From sequence record SRR22947725_1806: a DNA stretch of 55,342 bases, one strand, 5' to 3'. Both the position numbers and the translations under genes were made by a program. Position 1 is the stretch's first letter. Every line of letters starts with the position of its first letter. The notes under the pieces are model-generated. The model worked only from the letters and a program-made list of their open reading frames with translations. It was not told the DNA's origin and ran no database searches. Shown here piece after piece: positions 39,762 through 54,214 of this stretch.

Positions 39762-39875
39762 ATGAGCGCGATCTTCTTCACTGCCGCCGAAGTCTGTGTG
39801 CTGTCGGGCTTCGCTGCGGGTCTCTTCCGGAAACGAGCAGTTCTGCGTCCCGCGATTGCTCGAGTTCACGACTGA
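39762..39875 (+). CDS. 37-aa putative membrane micro-protein
   Basis: MSAIFFTAAEVCVLSGFAAGLFRKRAVLRPAIARVHD: hydrophobic helix and basic tail; fills an intergenic gap behind a promoter-like motif. Confidence 0.5.
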   Translation: MSAIFFTAAEVCVLSGFAAGLFRKRAVLRPAIARVHD

Positions 39876-39911
39876 TTGCCGCGCGCCGCGGCGCAGCTGC
39901 CAACATTGGGT

Positions 39912-40379
39912 ATGGCAGAACGCCCCTTCAACGTGCTCGGTATTCAGCAGATCGCGATCGGAGGTCTTGACAAATCTGCGCTCTCCGGCCTGTGGTCTGG
40001 TCTGTTCGGCGTCACCAAAGTGGGTGACTACGTCAGCGAGTCGGAAAACGTTGACGAAGACATCCTCCAGCTGGGGTCCGGCCCGCACGCGGTCGAGATC
40101 GACCTGATGCAGCCGCTCAACCCTGACGTGTCACCGAAGGTGCACGTGCCGACGCTCAATCATGTCGGTCTGTGGATTGACGATCTCGAAGCTGCCGTTG
40201 CCTGGTTGAGCGAGCAGGGCATGCGGTTCACGCCGGGTGGAATCCGCAAGGGGGCCTCCGGCCACGATGTGTGTTTCATCCACCCGAAGGGAAACGAAGC
40301 GACGCCGCGGTCAGGCGAGGGGGTATTGATCGAGCTGGTTCAGGCGCCGTCTGATGTGATTGCTGTGCTGTCGTCCTGA
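39912..40379 (+). CDS. VOC family protein (methylmalonyl-CoA epimerase-like)
   Basis: [39 protein letters not shown]. Confidence 0.88.
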   Translation: MAERPFNVLGIQQIAIGGLDKSALSGLWSGLFGVTKVGDYVSESENVDEDILQLGSGPHAVEIDLMQPLNPDVSPKVHVPTLNHVGLWIDDLEAAVAWLSEQGMRFTPGGIRKGASGHDVCFIHPKGNEATPRSGEGVLIELVQAPSDVIAVLSS

Positions 40380-40600
40380 GGCTCGGCGATGGTGTCGCCC
40401 GCGTCGCCGGTGTCGACCGTCGACGTTTTCCCGAGCGGTGAGATGAACGCAAGGACGCCGCCCAGCAGCAGGCCGACGACCGGAAGCACCACGACCAGCG
40501 CACTGTCGAACGCGATCACACCGAAAATGATGAAGTCGACGGCGAGGAAAATGCCGAGCAGGAGACCGAAAATCGGGCCGAGAATGCGCTTCACCATCAT
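40340..40600 (-). CDS. Small two-TM membrane protein
   Basis: Two hydrophobic helices, acidic tail; overlaps the stop of the upstream gene. Confidence 0.7.
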   Translation of the reverse strand: MMVKRILGPIFGLLLGIFLAVDFIIFGVIAFDSALVVVLPVVGLLLGGVLAFISPLGKTSTVDTGDAGDTIAEPQDDSTAITSDGA

Positions 40601-41208
40601 GCTGCGGCCTTGCCTCGAGCGGTCCAGGCCAACCCGCCGAGTGCCAATGCGGTTCCGCCCAACGACAACGGGGCGATCGGAGAATCCCAGGGACTGCCAT
40701 CGAACGAGACCTTGACCGACCCCTCGCAGAAGATGGCGCCGTTCTCATTGTGCACGCCGGTGACGGTGAGTTCGACGTCGCGAGGCAACCAGTCGGAGAG
40801 TTCCCAGCTCACCGAGCCCGCCTTTCCGACGCCGGTCACCTCGGGTCCCCATGTCTATTGGTCGTCCAGGGTGATGCTGGGAATTCCAGGCGACGTCTTG
40901 ATCTCGACTTTCCCAGAAGCAGGCCGCGTGCCTTCGGCCACGGCGACGGACCCGGTGTAGTTCGCAGAGCCCGTGATTGGGACGACGTAGACGCCGCTGC
41001 TGGCATAGGGATCGATGGTGAACCCGCCGACGATCGTTGCCGATGCGGTGCACTGGCCAGTCGCGTTGGGCGCCAGGGTGGCGCTGGGGTCGAGGACCGG
41101 ATCATCGCTCTGCGCGAGTGCCACAGAACCCCAGCCAGCCAGGACAGCAACCCCTGCTGTGCCGAGCAGCAGCCGTCTCCAACGCCGTGGGCTCAGGGTG
41201 GATTGCAT
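40597..41208 (-). pseudogene. Secreted protein with C-terminal membrane anchor, interrupted by an in-frame TAG at 40855-40857
   Basis: Signal peptide (RRWRR...ALA-Q), beta-rich domain, ...TLDDQ*TWGPEVTG..., C-terminal TM helix with basic tail; both ORF halves are in the same frame. Confidence 0.75.
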
Positions 41209-41289
41209 GATATGTCCATCGTTGCGGACCACCATCGAAGCGTCAACCCGGGATTGGTGGGCGGTGGATGTCTCGTCTGGGACAAGCGC

Positions 41290-42168
41290 TCAGAGCGAGA
41301 AATTCGGGGGACGCTTCGCGCGAAGTGCCGCAATGCCTTCGGCGTACTCGGCGGTTCCCATCGCGACGTCGAGGAGGCGAATCGAGTCGTTGACAGACTG
41401 GGCCGGGTCGTGGCGCAGGAGATCATCAGCGATCTGCTGCTTGGTGGTTGCTACAGCGAGTGGTCCGGTTGAGGCTGCGAGGTCGCGGGCGTACTGCTGG
41501 GCAGCCGCGAGTGAAGCTTCACCGTCGGATTCGACGCCGTTCCAGAGACCCCAGTCGGCGGTGTCAGCCACTGTGACGATGCGCCCTGAGAGCAGGAGAT
41601 CAGTGGCCCGGGCCACGCCGACGAGTCGCGGGAGCGTCCAGCTCATGCCGTACTCGGCGGGCAGCCCCAGTTTGGGTGCAGCGGTGGTGAGCTTTGCAGA
41701 TGCCGCACCGAAGCGCAGGTCGGAGAAAAGGGCGAGGGCCAGGCCGACTCCGGCGCAGGCTCCGTTGACGGCCGCGATGATTGGCAGCCGGTAGCCCAAC
41801 TGCCAGGCGAAGTCTGCGTCGAGTCGGTCGCCGCCCCCTGGTTGAGCGACCTCTGGCGGCAGCCCGGTGTCGTAACCGCCTTTATCGACGTGGCCAGCCA
41901 GGGCCTCGGAATCGCCGCCGACGCAGAAGGCCGGGGGAGTACCGGTGACGACGACGGCGCGGACACCGTTGCGATGTTCGAGGTCGGCCATCACCTGGCG
42001 GTACTCGGCGTGCATCTTGCCCGTCCAGGCGTTGTGGCGGTGCGGGCGATGCAGCCACACGGTTGCAACCGGACCGTCAACCTCCCAGCGAACCGCCGTT
42101 GCCTCGCCAGCGGCTGGTAGGTCAGCGGTTGACGGGACGGTTGGTGGGGTGCTTGGTGGATTGGTCAT
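41290..42168 (-). CDS. Enoyl-CoA hydratase/isomerase family protein
   Basis: AFCVGGD, PIIAAVNGACAGVG, SDLRF, EGIAALRAKRPPNF. Confidence 0.92.
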   Translation of the reverse strand: MTNPPSTPPTVPSTADLPAAGEATAVRWEVDGPVATVWLHRPHRHNAWTGKMHAEYRQVMADLEHRNGVRAVVVTGTPPAFCVGGDSEALAGHVDKGGYDTGLPPEVAQPGGGDRLDADFAWQLGYRLPIIAAVNGACAGVGLALALFSDLRFGAASAKLTTAAPKLGLPAEYGMSWTLPRLVGVARATDLLLSGRIVTVADTADWGLWNGVESDGEASLAAAQQYARDLAASTGPLAVATTKQQIADDLLRHDPAQSVNDSIRLLDVAMGTAEYAEGIAALRAKRPPNFSL

Positions 42169-42929
42169 CCCCAGATCGCTTTCAGCACGCCTTCGGCCAA
42201 CTCGGGGCGGCACACGAAGAAGTCGGGCAGCCAGGGGTCGCGCTCGTTGTACACGAGCGGCGAACCGTCGACTCGGCTCGCGTGGAATCCCGCCGCCATC
42301 GCGACGGCAGTGGGCGCGGCAGAATCCCACTGATACATCCCGCCATCGTGGACGTAGATGTCGGCTTCGCCCATCACAACGGCCATGGCCTTGGCTCCTG
42401 CAGACCCGAGTCGTACTGCATCGCAGCCGAGGCCCTCGGCAACGAGCACCGCCGCATAGGGGGCGCGGCTACGTGACGTGACAAGTCGCGGGCGGTCGCG
42501 GACTTGTTCCGGCATTGGGGCGGGTGGGTCGGTGGAGAAGACCAGGTCGACGGCTGGCAGACTGACCGCCGCGGCGCCGAAGTGTGTTCGTTCCCAGAGG
42601 GCAACATGCACCGCCCAGTCGTGGCGGCCCGGCTCGCCGTACTCGCGGGTGCCATCGAGCGGGTCGATGATCCAGACCCGATCGGCTTCGTAGCGGCGAA
42701 CGTCTTCGAGCCCCTCCTCTGACAGCACCGCGTCATCGGCGCGGTGCGTGTGCAATTCGTCCGCGAGGTATCGCTGAGCCGCAGCATCGCCAGCATCCCG
42801 TACGTCCCAGATCGAGGCACCCGCAGCAAACATTTCGGCGCGCAGTGCGACCAGCAGTTCGCCTGCTTCGACAGCGAGCCGGGTCGCCAACTGGGCATCC
42901 GTCTCGGTGACGGGTGGGGCGCTCGGCAT
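42165..42929 (-). CDS. cysQ: 3'(2'),5'-bisphosphate nucleotidase CysQ (inositol monophosphatase family)
   Basis: LSEEG, WIIDPLDGTRE, GSAGAK, QWDSAAP. Confidence 0.92.
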   Translation of the reverse strand: MPSAPPVTETDAQLATRLAVEAGELLVALRAEMFAAGASIWDVRDAGDAAAQRYLADELHTHRADDAVLSEEGLEDVRRYEADRVWIIDPLDGTREYGEPGRHDWAVHVALWERTHFGAAAVSLPAVDLVFSTDPPAPMPEQVRDRPRLVTSRSRAPYAAVLVAEGLGCDAVRLGSAGAKAMAVVMGEADIYVHDGGMYQWDSAAPTAVAMAAGFHASRVDGSPLVYNERDPWLPDFFVCRPELAEGVLKAIWG

Positions 42930-43158
42930 CGGAGCATTCTGACTGGTCCGTGTGACCGAAACACCATCGCAATTTCGCGATCAGAATGCCGGGTAGTGGC
43001 GGTGTCGTCGTCGGACATGGCTGCGAGCCATCCGCAGCCTGCGGGGAGAGGTGGTGCTGGTAGCGGTTGATGACATATCTTGACCTGCGTGAACGGCCGT
43101 CGACTCAGCAACTGCACGAGGCGATGACTGACATGCCGACGGCAGGGCGAGCGCGGTC

Positions 43159-43923
43159 GTGACGAGGCGGACGCGCAAGGTCCGATACGGCTCAAGCCGG
43201 CATCAGGTCGGTATGTACCGATCCCCAGAGCGGCGGGAAACAGGCCGCCCAGCGGCACCAACGATCGTGCTGCTCCACGGCGGATCGTGGAGTTGGCCCT
43301 ACAACCGGTGGGTGATGTGGCTGCTCGCGCGTGACGTGACTCGACGAGGCTGGGGGCTGTTCAACGTCGGTTATCGCCGTGTGGGCCGCTTCGGAGGAGG
43401 CGGTGGCTGGCCCGAGACCTTTGACGATGCCCGGGCTGCCATCGAGTTGATCACCAACGACACGTCGGAGCTGGACATCGATGCAGATCGAGTCGTGGTC
43501 GTCGGGCATTCCGCTGGAGGCCACCTGGCCCTCATCGGGTCAGCGACCGCAAACATTGCTCCGGCGCTCGCTGTGTCGATGGCTGGTCCCACCGATCTCG
43601 AACGCATGTGGTCGAACGGCTCCCAGCCGGTCCGGGACCTCACCGCTCGCGCTCCGGAATCCAGCCGGTGGTCAAGCACGTCGCCAATCCACATGCTTCC
43701 GCTCGATGTACCGACCCTCTGCGTCCACGGCGAGGCCGACACCACGGTGCACCCGAGGCACTCGACTGCATTCGTCGAGGCGGCGCGGTCCGCCGGAGAC
43801 GTAGCGGAAGCGGTGCTGGTGCCAGGCGAAACGCACAAGGACGCGCTGAAGCCGACTTCGGCGATTTGGGCGGTGGTGGTCAGCGCGATTTTTGATCGGT
43901 TTGAATCAGATACTCACGTATGA
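43159..43923 (+). CDS. Alpha/beta hydrolase (esterase)
   Basis: HGGSW, GHSAGG, HGEADTTV. Confidence 0.9.
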   Translation: MTRRTRKVRYGSSRHQVGMYRSPERRETGRPAAPTIVLLHGGSWSWPYNRWVMWLLARDVTRRGWGLFNVGYRRVGRFGGGGGWPETFDDARAAIELITNDTSELDIDADRVVVVGHSAGGHLALIGSATANIAPALAVSMAGPTDLERMWSNGSQPVRDLTARAPESSRWSSTSPIHMLPLDVPTLCVHGEADTTVHPRHSTAFVEAARSAGDVAEAVLVPGETHKDALKPTSAIWAVVVSAIFDRFESDTHV

Positions 43924-43983
43924 GTCCACCGACCTGGCGGTGGGGTGGACCTGGCCTCGCCATCGCTGTCACGGCCAACAGGC

Positions 43984-45657
<1,674 letters not shown>

Positions 45658-45743
45658 AGGTGCGCAGGCTACCGACGCCGGTCAGTCGTTGGCGGCGACC
45701 CCGACGTCACTCGAGCTGAACGGAACTGGATGTGTCGGGCTGG

Positions 45744-46715
45744 TCAGCCTTGGAGTCGCGCGACGGTTTCCGCGAAGCCGCGCACGGTCTCGGCGACGAT
45801 GTCGGCAACCGATTCGATCGACTCGATGCGCCCGGCAACTTGGCCCGACAGTGCGATTGCGGCGTTCATGTCTCCACCGAAGTAGAGGTCGAGGGCGTTG
45901 CCGAAGTCGCCGAATACGTTGTGCTCGACGTCGACGAGCTCCTCCGTCTTCTCGGTGCGGAGCGCACGGAGCGCAGGGGAGTGGCGCTGATTGAGGAACA
46001 GCGTGTCGGTCTCGCGCGCTTCGATGATCGCCTGCTTCCAGTTGTTGTGGACCGGTGACTCGGCTGCTGAGACCATTCTCGTGCCCATCTGAACCCCTTC
46101 GGCACCAAGCGCGAAGGCAGCGGCCATCGTCGGACCATCGGTGATGCCTCCAGCGGCGATGATGGGGACATCGACCTTCGACCGGATCAAAGGAAGCAGG
46201 ACCATGGTCGCGACGGGAGTCGGTGACTTGAAGCCTCCCCCCTCGCCGCCCTCAACAACCAGGCCGTCGACTCCTGCGTCGACTGCCTTGAGCGCAGCTG
46301 CGAGCGTCGGCACCACGTGGTACACGGTGAGTCCGGCTGCTTTCAGAACCCCGGTGTACTTCGTCGGTGAGCCGGCCGAGGTGGTGACGAACTTGACGCC
46401 TTGGTCGATGACGAACTCGGCGATGGCCGGGTCCCGCACGAAGGCCTGCGCGATGTTGACGCCGAACGGCTTGTCGGTGAGATCGCGCATCTTGCGGATC
46501 TCGTCCTTGACTGCGTCGAGTTCCCCCGACGAGGTCTCGATGATGCCGCAGGCACCAGTCGCTGACATGGCCGACGCAAGTCGCGACCGGGCGATCCAGC
46601 CCATGGGGGCCTGCACGATTGGGATCTCGACGCCGAGATCCCGGGTCACGCGGTTGTCGAAAGCGGCGGGGCGAGTGATGTCGAAGGTCACCGGGCCATC
46701 ATGGTCATCGGCCAT
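45744..46715 (-). CDS. Nitronate monooxygenase / FabK-like flavoprotein
   Basis: PIVQAPMG, EGGEGGG, IAAGGI, GVQMGTR, SGQVAG. Confidence 0.9.
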   Translation of the reverse strand: MADDHDGPVTFDITRPAAFDNRVTRDLGVEIPIVQAPMGWIARSRLASAMSATGACGIIETSSGELDAVKDEIRKMRDLTDKPFGVNIAQAFVRDPAIAEFVIDQGVKFVTTSAGSPTKYTGVLKAAGLTVYHVVPTLAAALKAVDAGVDGLVVEGGEGGGFKSPTPVATMVLLPLIRSKVDVPIIAAGGITDGPTMAAAFALGAEGVQMGTRMVSAAESPVHNNWKQAIIEARETDTLFLNQRHSPALRALRTEKTEELVDVEHNVFGDFGNALDLYFGGDMNAAIALSGQVAGRIESIESVADIVAETVRGFAETVARLQG

Positions 46716-46783
46716 CGATCGCACGAAGTCGAAGCGATCGCCGCAACCACGCTGCCGAGGCCAGCCTGGGCTACGTTCGGCTC

Positions 46784-47677
46784 ATGACGTCACTTCCGAT
46801 TGCACCATTCGGCAAGACCGGACACGACTCGACGCGCGTGATTTTCGGTGCCGCCTCCCTCGGTGCGATGAGTCAAGCGCGCGCTGATGCAACGATGGCG
46901 TCGGTCAGCGAGTGGGGGATCAACCACATCGATACTGCAGCCTCCTACGGCGCCTCCGAAGACCGACTGAAACCCTGGCTGGCAGAGCATCGCTCGGAGG
47001 TCTTTCTGGCATCGAAGACGGGGCGCCGCAGCGGTGCCGGCGCACGTGCCGAACTCGAGAAGTCGCTCGATCGAATGGGCGTTGACCACATCGACCTGGT
47101 GCAACTCCACAACCTCGTTGAAGAAGACGAGTGGGAACGGGCCCATGCGCCGGGCGGTGCTGTCGAAGCGCTCGCCGCAGCGCGGGAGGAAGGGTTGATC
47201 TCCCATGTCGGCATCACCGGCCACGGGTTGCGCATTGCCGGCATGCACCTGCGCAGTCTCGAACGGTTCGACTTCGCCTCGGTGCTGCTGCCGGTCAACT
47301 TTGTGCTGCTGGACAACCCGGCGTACCGCGCTGATGTCGAGGCGCTTCTCGAATTGTGTTCCGAGCGTGAGGTGGCGGTGCAGACCATCAAGGCCATTGC
47401 TCGCGGTCGGTGGTCAGACGGTGCGACCTCCGGGCCTGGAAGGTTCAGTTGGTATGACCCACTGACCGATCCTGAGCCGATCAACCGGGCCGTTCGCTAT
47501 GTGCTGTCACATGCGCAGATGTTCCTCAATACGACGAGTGATGCCCGCCTGCTGCCGATGGTTGTCGCCGCAGCGTCAGGCAATCTCGTCGCGCCGAGCT
47601 CCGACGAGTTGCGTGCTGACGTCGCCGAGCAGGGCATCACGCCCTTGTTCGACGACGACGTGCTTGAACGAATCTGA
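46784..47677 (+). CDS. Aldo/keto reductase
   Basis: IDTAASYGASE, LASK, IDLVQLH, GITGH. Confidence 0.92.
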   Translation: MTSLPIAPFGKTGHDSTRVIFGAASLGAMSQARADATMASVSEWGINHIDTAASYGASEDRLKPWLAEHRSEVFLASKTGRRSGAGARAELEKSLDRMGVDHIDLVQLHNLVEEDEWERAHAPGGAVEALAAAREEGLISHVGITGHGLRIAGMHLRSLERFDFASVLLPVNFVLLDNPAYRADVEALLELCSEREVAVQTIKAIARGRWSDGATSGPGRFSWYDPLTDPEPINRAVRYVLSHAQMFLNTTSDARLLPMVVAAASGNLVAPSSDELRADVAEQGITPLFDDDVLERI

Positions 47678-47681
47678 GGGC

Positions 47682-49463
47682 TCAGTCCTTCGCAGGCGCC
47701 TTGCGTACCGGGCCGCGACGCTCGGTGATGTCGGCGTACTTGGCAACGATCTCCTTGATTGTCTGGCCTTCGAGTTCATCGTTGACGCAGAGTCCGTCTG
47801 CGATCTCGAGGAGGGCTGCGCGGTGCGTGCTGACCATTTCAGCAGCTCGGTCGGCCCCAACGGTCATGAACCCCTCGGCTGCCTCGCGGCTCGCGTCGTC
47901 GGCCAAGACCTTGGCGACCAGGTTGGCAGCAGTCGGCATTGCTGCAGCCTCGAGGCTGAGCAATCCGGGCCCGTTGCCGAGCTGACCGACGAGTTGTGCC
48001 GCGATATTGGTGGCAAGTGCCAGGTCGGAAGAGATGCCGCTACTCGCTTCACCGTATTCCTGAATCTCCGCAGCGCGCCCGGCAAGCGCCACGGCAATGA
48101 GGGCCCGAGCATCACCCGGTGTTTTGAGGAATCGTTCCTCCAAATCGCCGTGGGCAACCAAGCCGAGCGCCGACGAGCGACGCAGAATCGAGGCCATCTT
48201 CACATCGCGACGAGTGAGCACGGCGGTGAGTGCGTGACCGGCCTCGTGAATGGCGATACGCCGACGCTCGTCGGGGTGATAGCCCATCTCCTGAGCGACG
48301 CCGACTTCGGTGACCAGTTGCGCTTGCAGTACGTCCTTGGTCTGCATCGAGGTGCGACCGGTTCGCAGCGCAATGATCAATGCTTCGTCGAGGAGCTTCT
48401 CGATTCGAACTGGGGTGTAGCCCGCTGTCAGGTCGGCAATGAGTTCCGACGTCACCTCGGCGTCGTGATTCTTGCGGGCCAGGTAGTACTCGGCGATGTC
48501 GACCCGGTCGGTTCGAGGAGGCAGCGTGAATCCAATGACCCGGTCGAAACGGCCGGGTCGCATCAGCGCCGGGTCGAGGTCTGCTGCGCGGTTGGTTGCC
48601 GCGAGGATCAGCACGTTTTCTTCCTTGTGCACCGGACGCTTGCGCTGACGGTGCGCCGGCATGAACTTGTTCCACCAGTCGATCAGCTTGGCCCGAAACT
48701 TCTCGCCGCCGGTCGGCAGGTCGAAGCTCTGCATCTGAACGAGCAGCTCGTTGACGATGCCGACGCTTCCTTCGCGCATTGAGCTGACGCCCATGCCGGA
48801 GCGGGCGCCGCCGATGGCGTCAAATTCTTCGATGTAACCGATGGCGCCGCCCTCTTCGCGAGCGAGTTTTCTGAGACTCTTGAAGAACGAGCGGATCTTT
48901 TTGTTGGTCTGGCCGTAGTACATCGACTGGAACTCACTTGCCGACACGAACAAGAACGGCACTCCGGCCTCGGCCGCCATCGCTTTTGCCAAGTACGTCT
49001 TGCCGGTTCCCGGAGGCCCTTCGAAGAGCACGCCGCGGCGGGCGGTGCCGCCCATTTCGCTTCTGAACGTCTCGCTCATCAGGAACAGGTTGAGACTGTC
49101 GATTGCCTCACGTTTGGTTTGTTCTGCGCCGACCACATCATCGAGTCGAATTTTGGAGTCGCTGGCCCGCAGCACGGTGTGTGGGGAGCGGCCAGTGGTG
49201 AGGAGCGGGATGAGGATGACTGCGCCGAGCACCGAAATGAGGCCGACGGCGATGATGATCTCGGGCGAACCCGTGAGCCAGGCCGGGATACCGGGGCGAA
49301 TCGGGTTGTCGGTGATCAAGCGATACAAAAGAAATGAGAAGACCACGGAGAAGATGACGAGCGGGCGGCGCAGGCGTCGTTGCCTGGTTCGTTCCCGATT
49401 TGTCGAGGCGTCAATGTCGCCACCGCTCACCATTTGGCCTGCAGACATCTGGGTCAAATCCAT
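47682..49463 (-). CDS. FtsH-like membrane AAA+ ATPase with an M41 peptidase domain (non-canonical paralog)
   Basis: Two N-terminal TM helices, GPPGTGKT, IEEFDAIG, ATNRAADLDPALMRPGRFD, HEAGH. Confidence 0.9.
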   Translation of the reverse strand: MDLTQMSAGQMVSGGDIDASTNRERTRQRRLRRPLVIFSVVFSFLLYRLITDNPIRPGIPAWLTGSPEIIIAVGLISVLGAVILIPLLTTGRSPHTVLRASDSKIRLDDVVGAEQTKREAIDSLNLFLMSETFRSEMGGTARRGVLFEGPPGTGKTYLAKAMAAEAGVPFLFVSASEFQSMYYGQTNKKIRSFFKSLRKLAREEGGAIGYIEEFDAIGGARSGMGVSSMREGSVGIVNELLVQMQSFDLPTGGEKFRAKLIDWWNKFMPAHRQRKRPVHKEENVLILAATNRAADLDPALMRPGRFDRVIGFTLPPRTDRVDIAEYYLARKNHDAEVTSELIADLTAGYTPVRIEKLLDEALIIALRTGRTSMQTKDVLQAQLVTEVGVAQEMGYHPDERRRIAIHEAGHALTAVLTRRDVKMASILRRSSALGLVAHGDLEERFLKTPGDARALIAVALAGRAAEIQEYGEASSGISSDLALATNIAAQLVGQLGNGPGLLSLEAAAMPTAANLVAKVLADDASREAAEGFMTVGADRAAEMVSTHRAALLEIADGLCVNDELEGQTIKEIVAKYADITERRGPVRKAPAKD

Positions 49464-49542
49464 CGAACCGAACGTAGTGTTCGACCACTGCGCTCGGCCA
49501 GGGTGAAACAGTCAAGTGTTATTCAAGTCGCTCCGGCCGGCG

Positions 49543-49690
49543 TCACCCGATGTCCGGCACGACCTCGCGGCGGGTGAGCTTCCAACGATGGTTCTCGTCG
49601 ATCTTGACGAAGCCCAGTATCGGCGCCGAAGCAGGGGCAAGTGAGAGCGCGACGGTTTCCACCTGCGTGATGAGTGCTGTATCGCATTGA
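49543..49690 (-). pseudogene. Possible C-terminal remnant of a GNAT acetyltransferase
   Basis: VETVALSL...LGFVKIDENHRWKLTRREVVPDIG* with typical GC3 codons; no start codon or upstream body. Confidence 0.35.
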
Positions 49691-49729
49691 GATGAGAGGG
49701 GGTGAAGCCAGGGAGGTAACCTGCAGGCC

Positions 49730-53404
<3,675 letters not shown>

Positions 53405-53409
53405 TCCCG

Positions 53410-54042
53410 TCAGTTGTTGAGAGGTATTCCGAGGATCGTCGTCAGCTCGTCCAAAGCGGGTCCGGGCTTGCCGACCTTGATGGTCTGCATGCCCATCGCC
53501 CGTGCCGGCTTCAAGTTGATGCCGAGGTCGTCGAGAAAGACACACTCATTCGGCTCGACTCCGGCGAGCTCACACGCGATTTCGTAGAATCGGGGTTCGG
53601 GCTTGCGCACCCCGACCTTGCTCGACTCGACCACATGGTCGAACTTTGCCATCACCTGTGCGACATCTGGGCGCTTTGTGGCGCCCGTGTCGTCAGAGAC
53701 CACATTGTTCGTGAGGCAGGCCGTGATGTAGCCAGCAGCGATGACCGCGTCAAGAGCTGCTTCCATCTCGGGCCGCACGGATCCTGACAGGAGGGCGAGG
53801 ATGTCGCCTCCTGGGATGCGATGGCCAAGGGCCATTGACTCGGTGGCAAACAGCGTGTCGAACTCGCCTGGGTCGATGTCGTTTCGCTCGAGGAGCGCCC
53901 ATGCATTCGCGTCCGGGTTGTGCGTGTTGACCGACCGAATGAAGTCGGCCGGGAGGCCGTGCGCTTCCTCGTAGTCGTTGAACGCATCGAACGGACTCGT
54001 CAGAATCACGCCGCCAAAATCCCAGAGAACCGCTCGCACCAT
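53410..54042 (-). CDS. HAD-IA family hydrolase
   Basis: WDFGGVI, LTNN, GVRKPEP, FLDDLGINL. Confidence 0.92.
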   Translation of the reverse strand: MVRAVLWDFGGVILTSPFDAFNDYEEAHGLPADFIRSVNTHNPDANAWALLERNDIDPGEFDTLFATESMALGHRIPGGDILALLSGSVRPEMEAALDAVIAAGYITACLTNNVVSDDTGATKRPDVAQVMAKFDHVVESSKVGVRKPEPRFYEIACELAGVEPNECVFLDDLGINLKPARAMGMQTIKVGKPGPALDELTTILGIPLNN

Positions 54043-54214
54043 GGTCGGGGAGCCTACGATGGAGATGTACGAAGTCTCGACTCGGCTTCGGGTCACCTGG
54101 TGCGAACACGGCCGGTGCCCGTCGCGATGTCGAATCCCTCGCACGGTCGCCCGCTCGGCGACCCGGAGGCCCGAACTTGTCGGGCCCCGTTCACAGGAAC
54201 GAGACAACTGAATC

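Noticed and set aside
40855-40857. Stop-codon reassignment or pyrrolysine at TAG
   Set aside because: TAG ends intact genes here (M20 at 15877, rseP at 32611), no pyl genes are seen, and both cases fit TGG>TAG.
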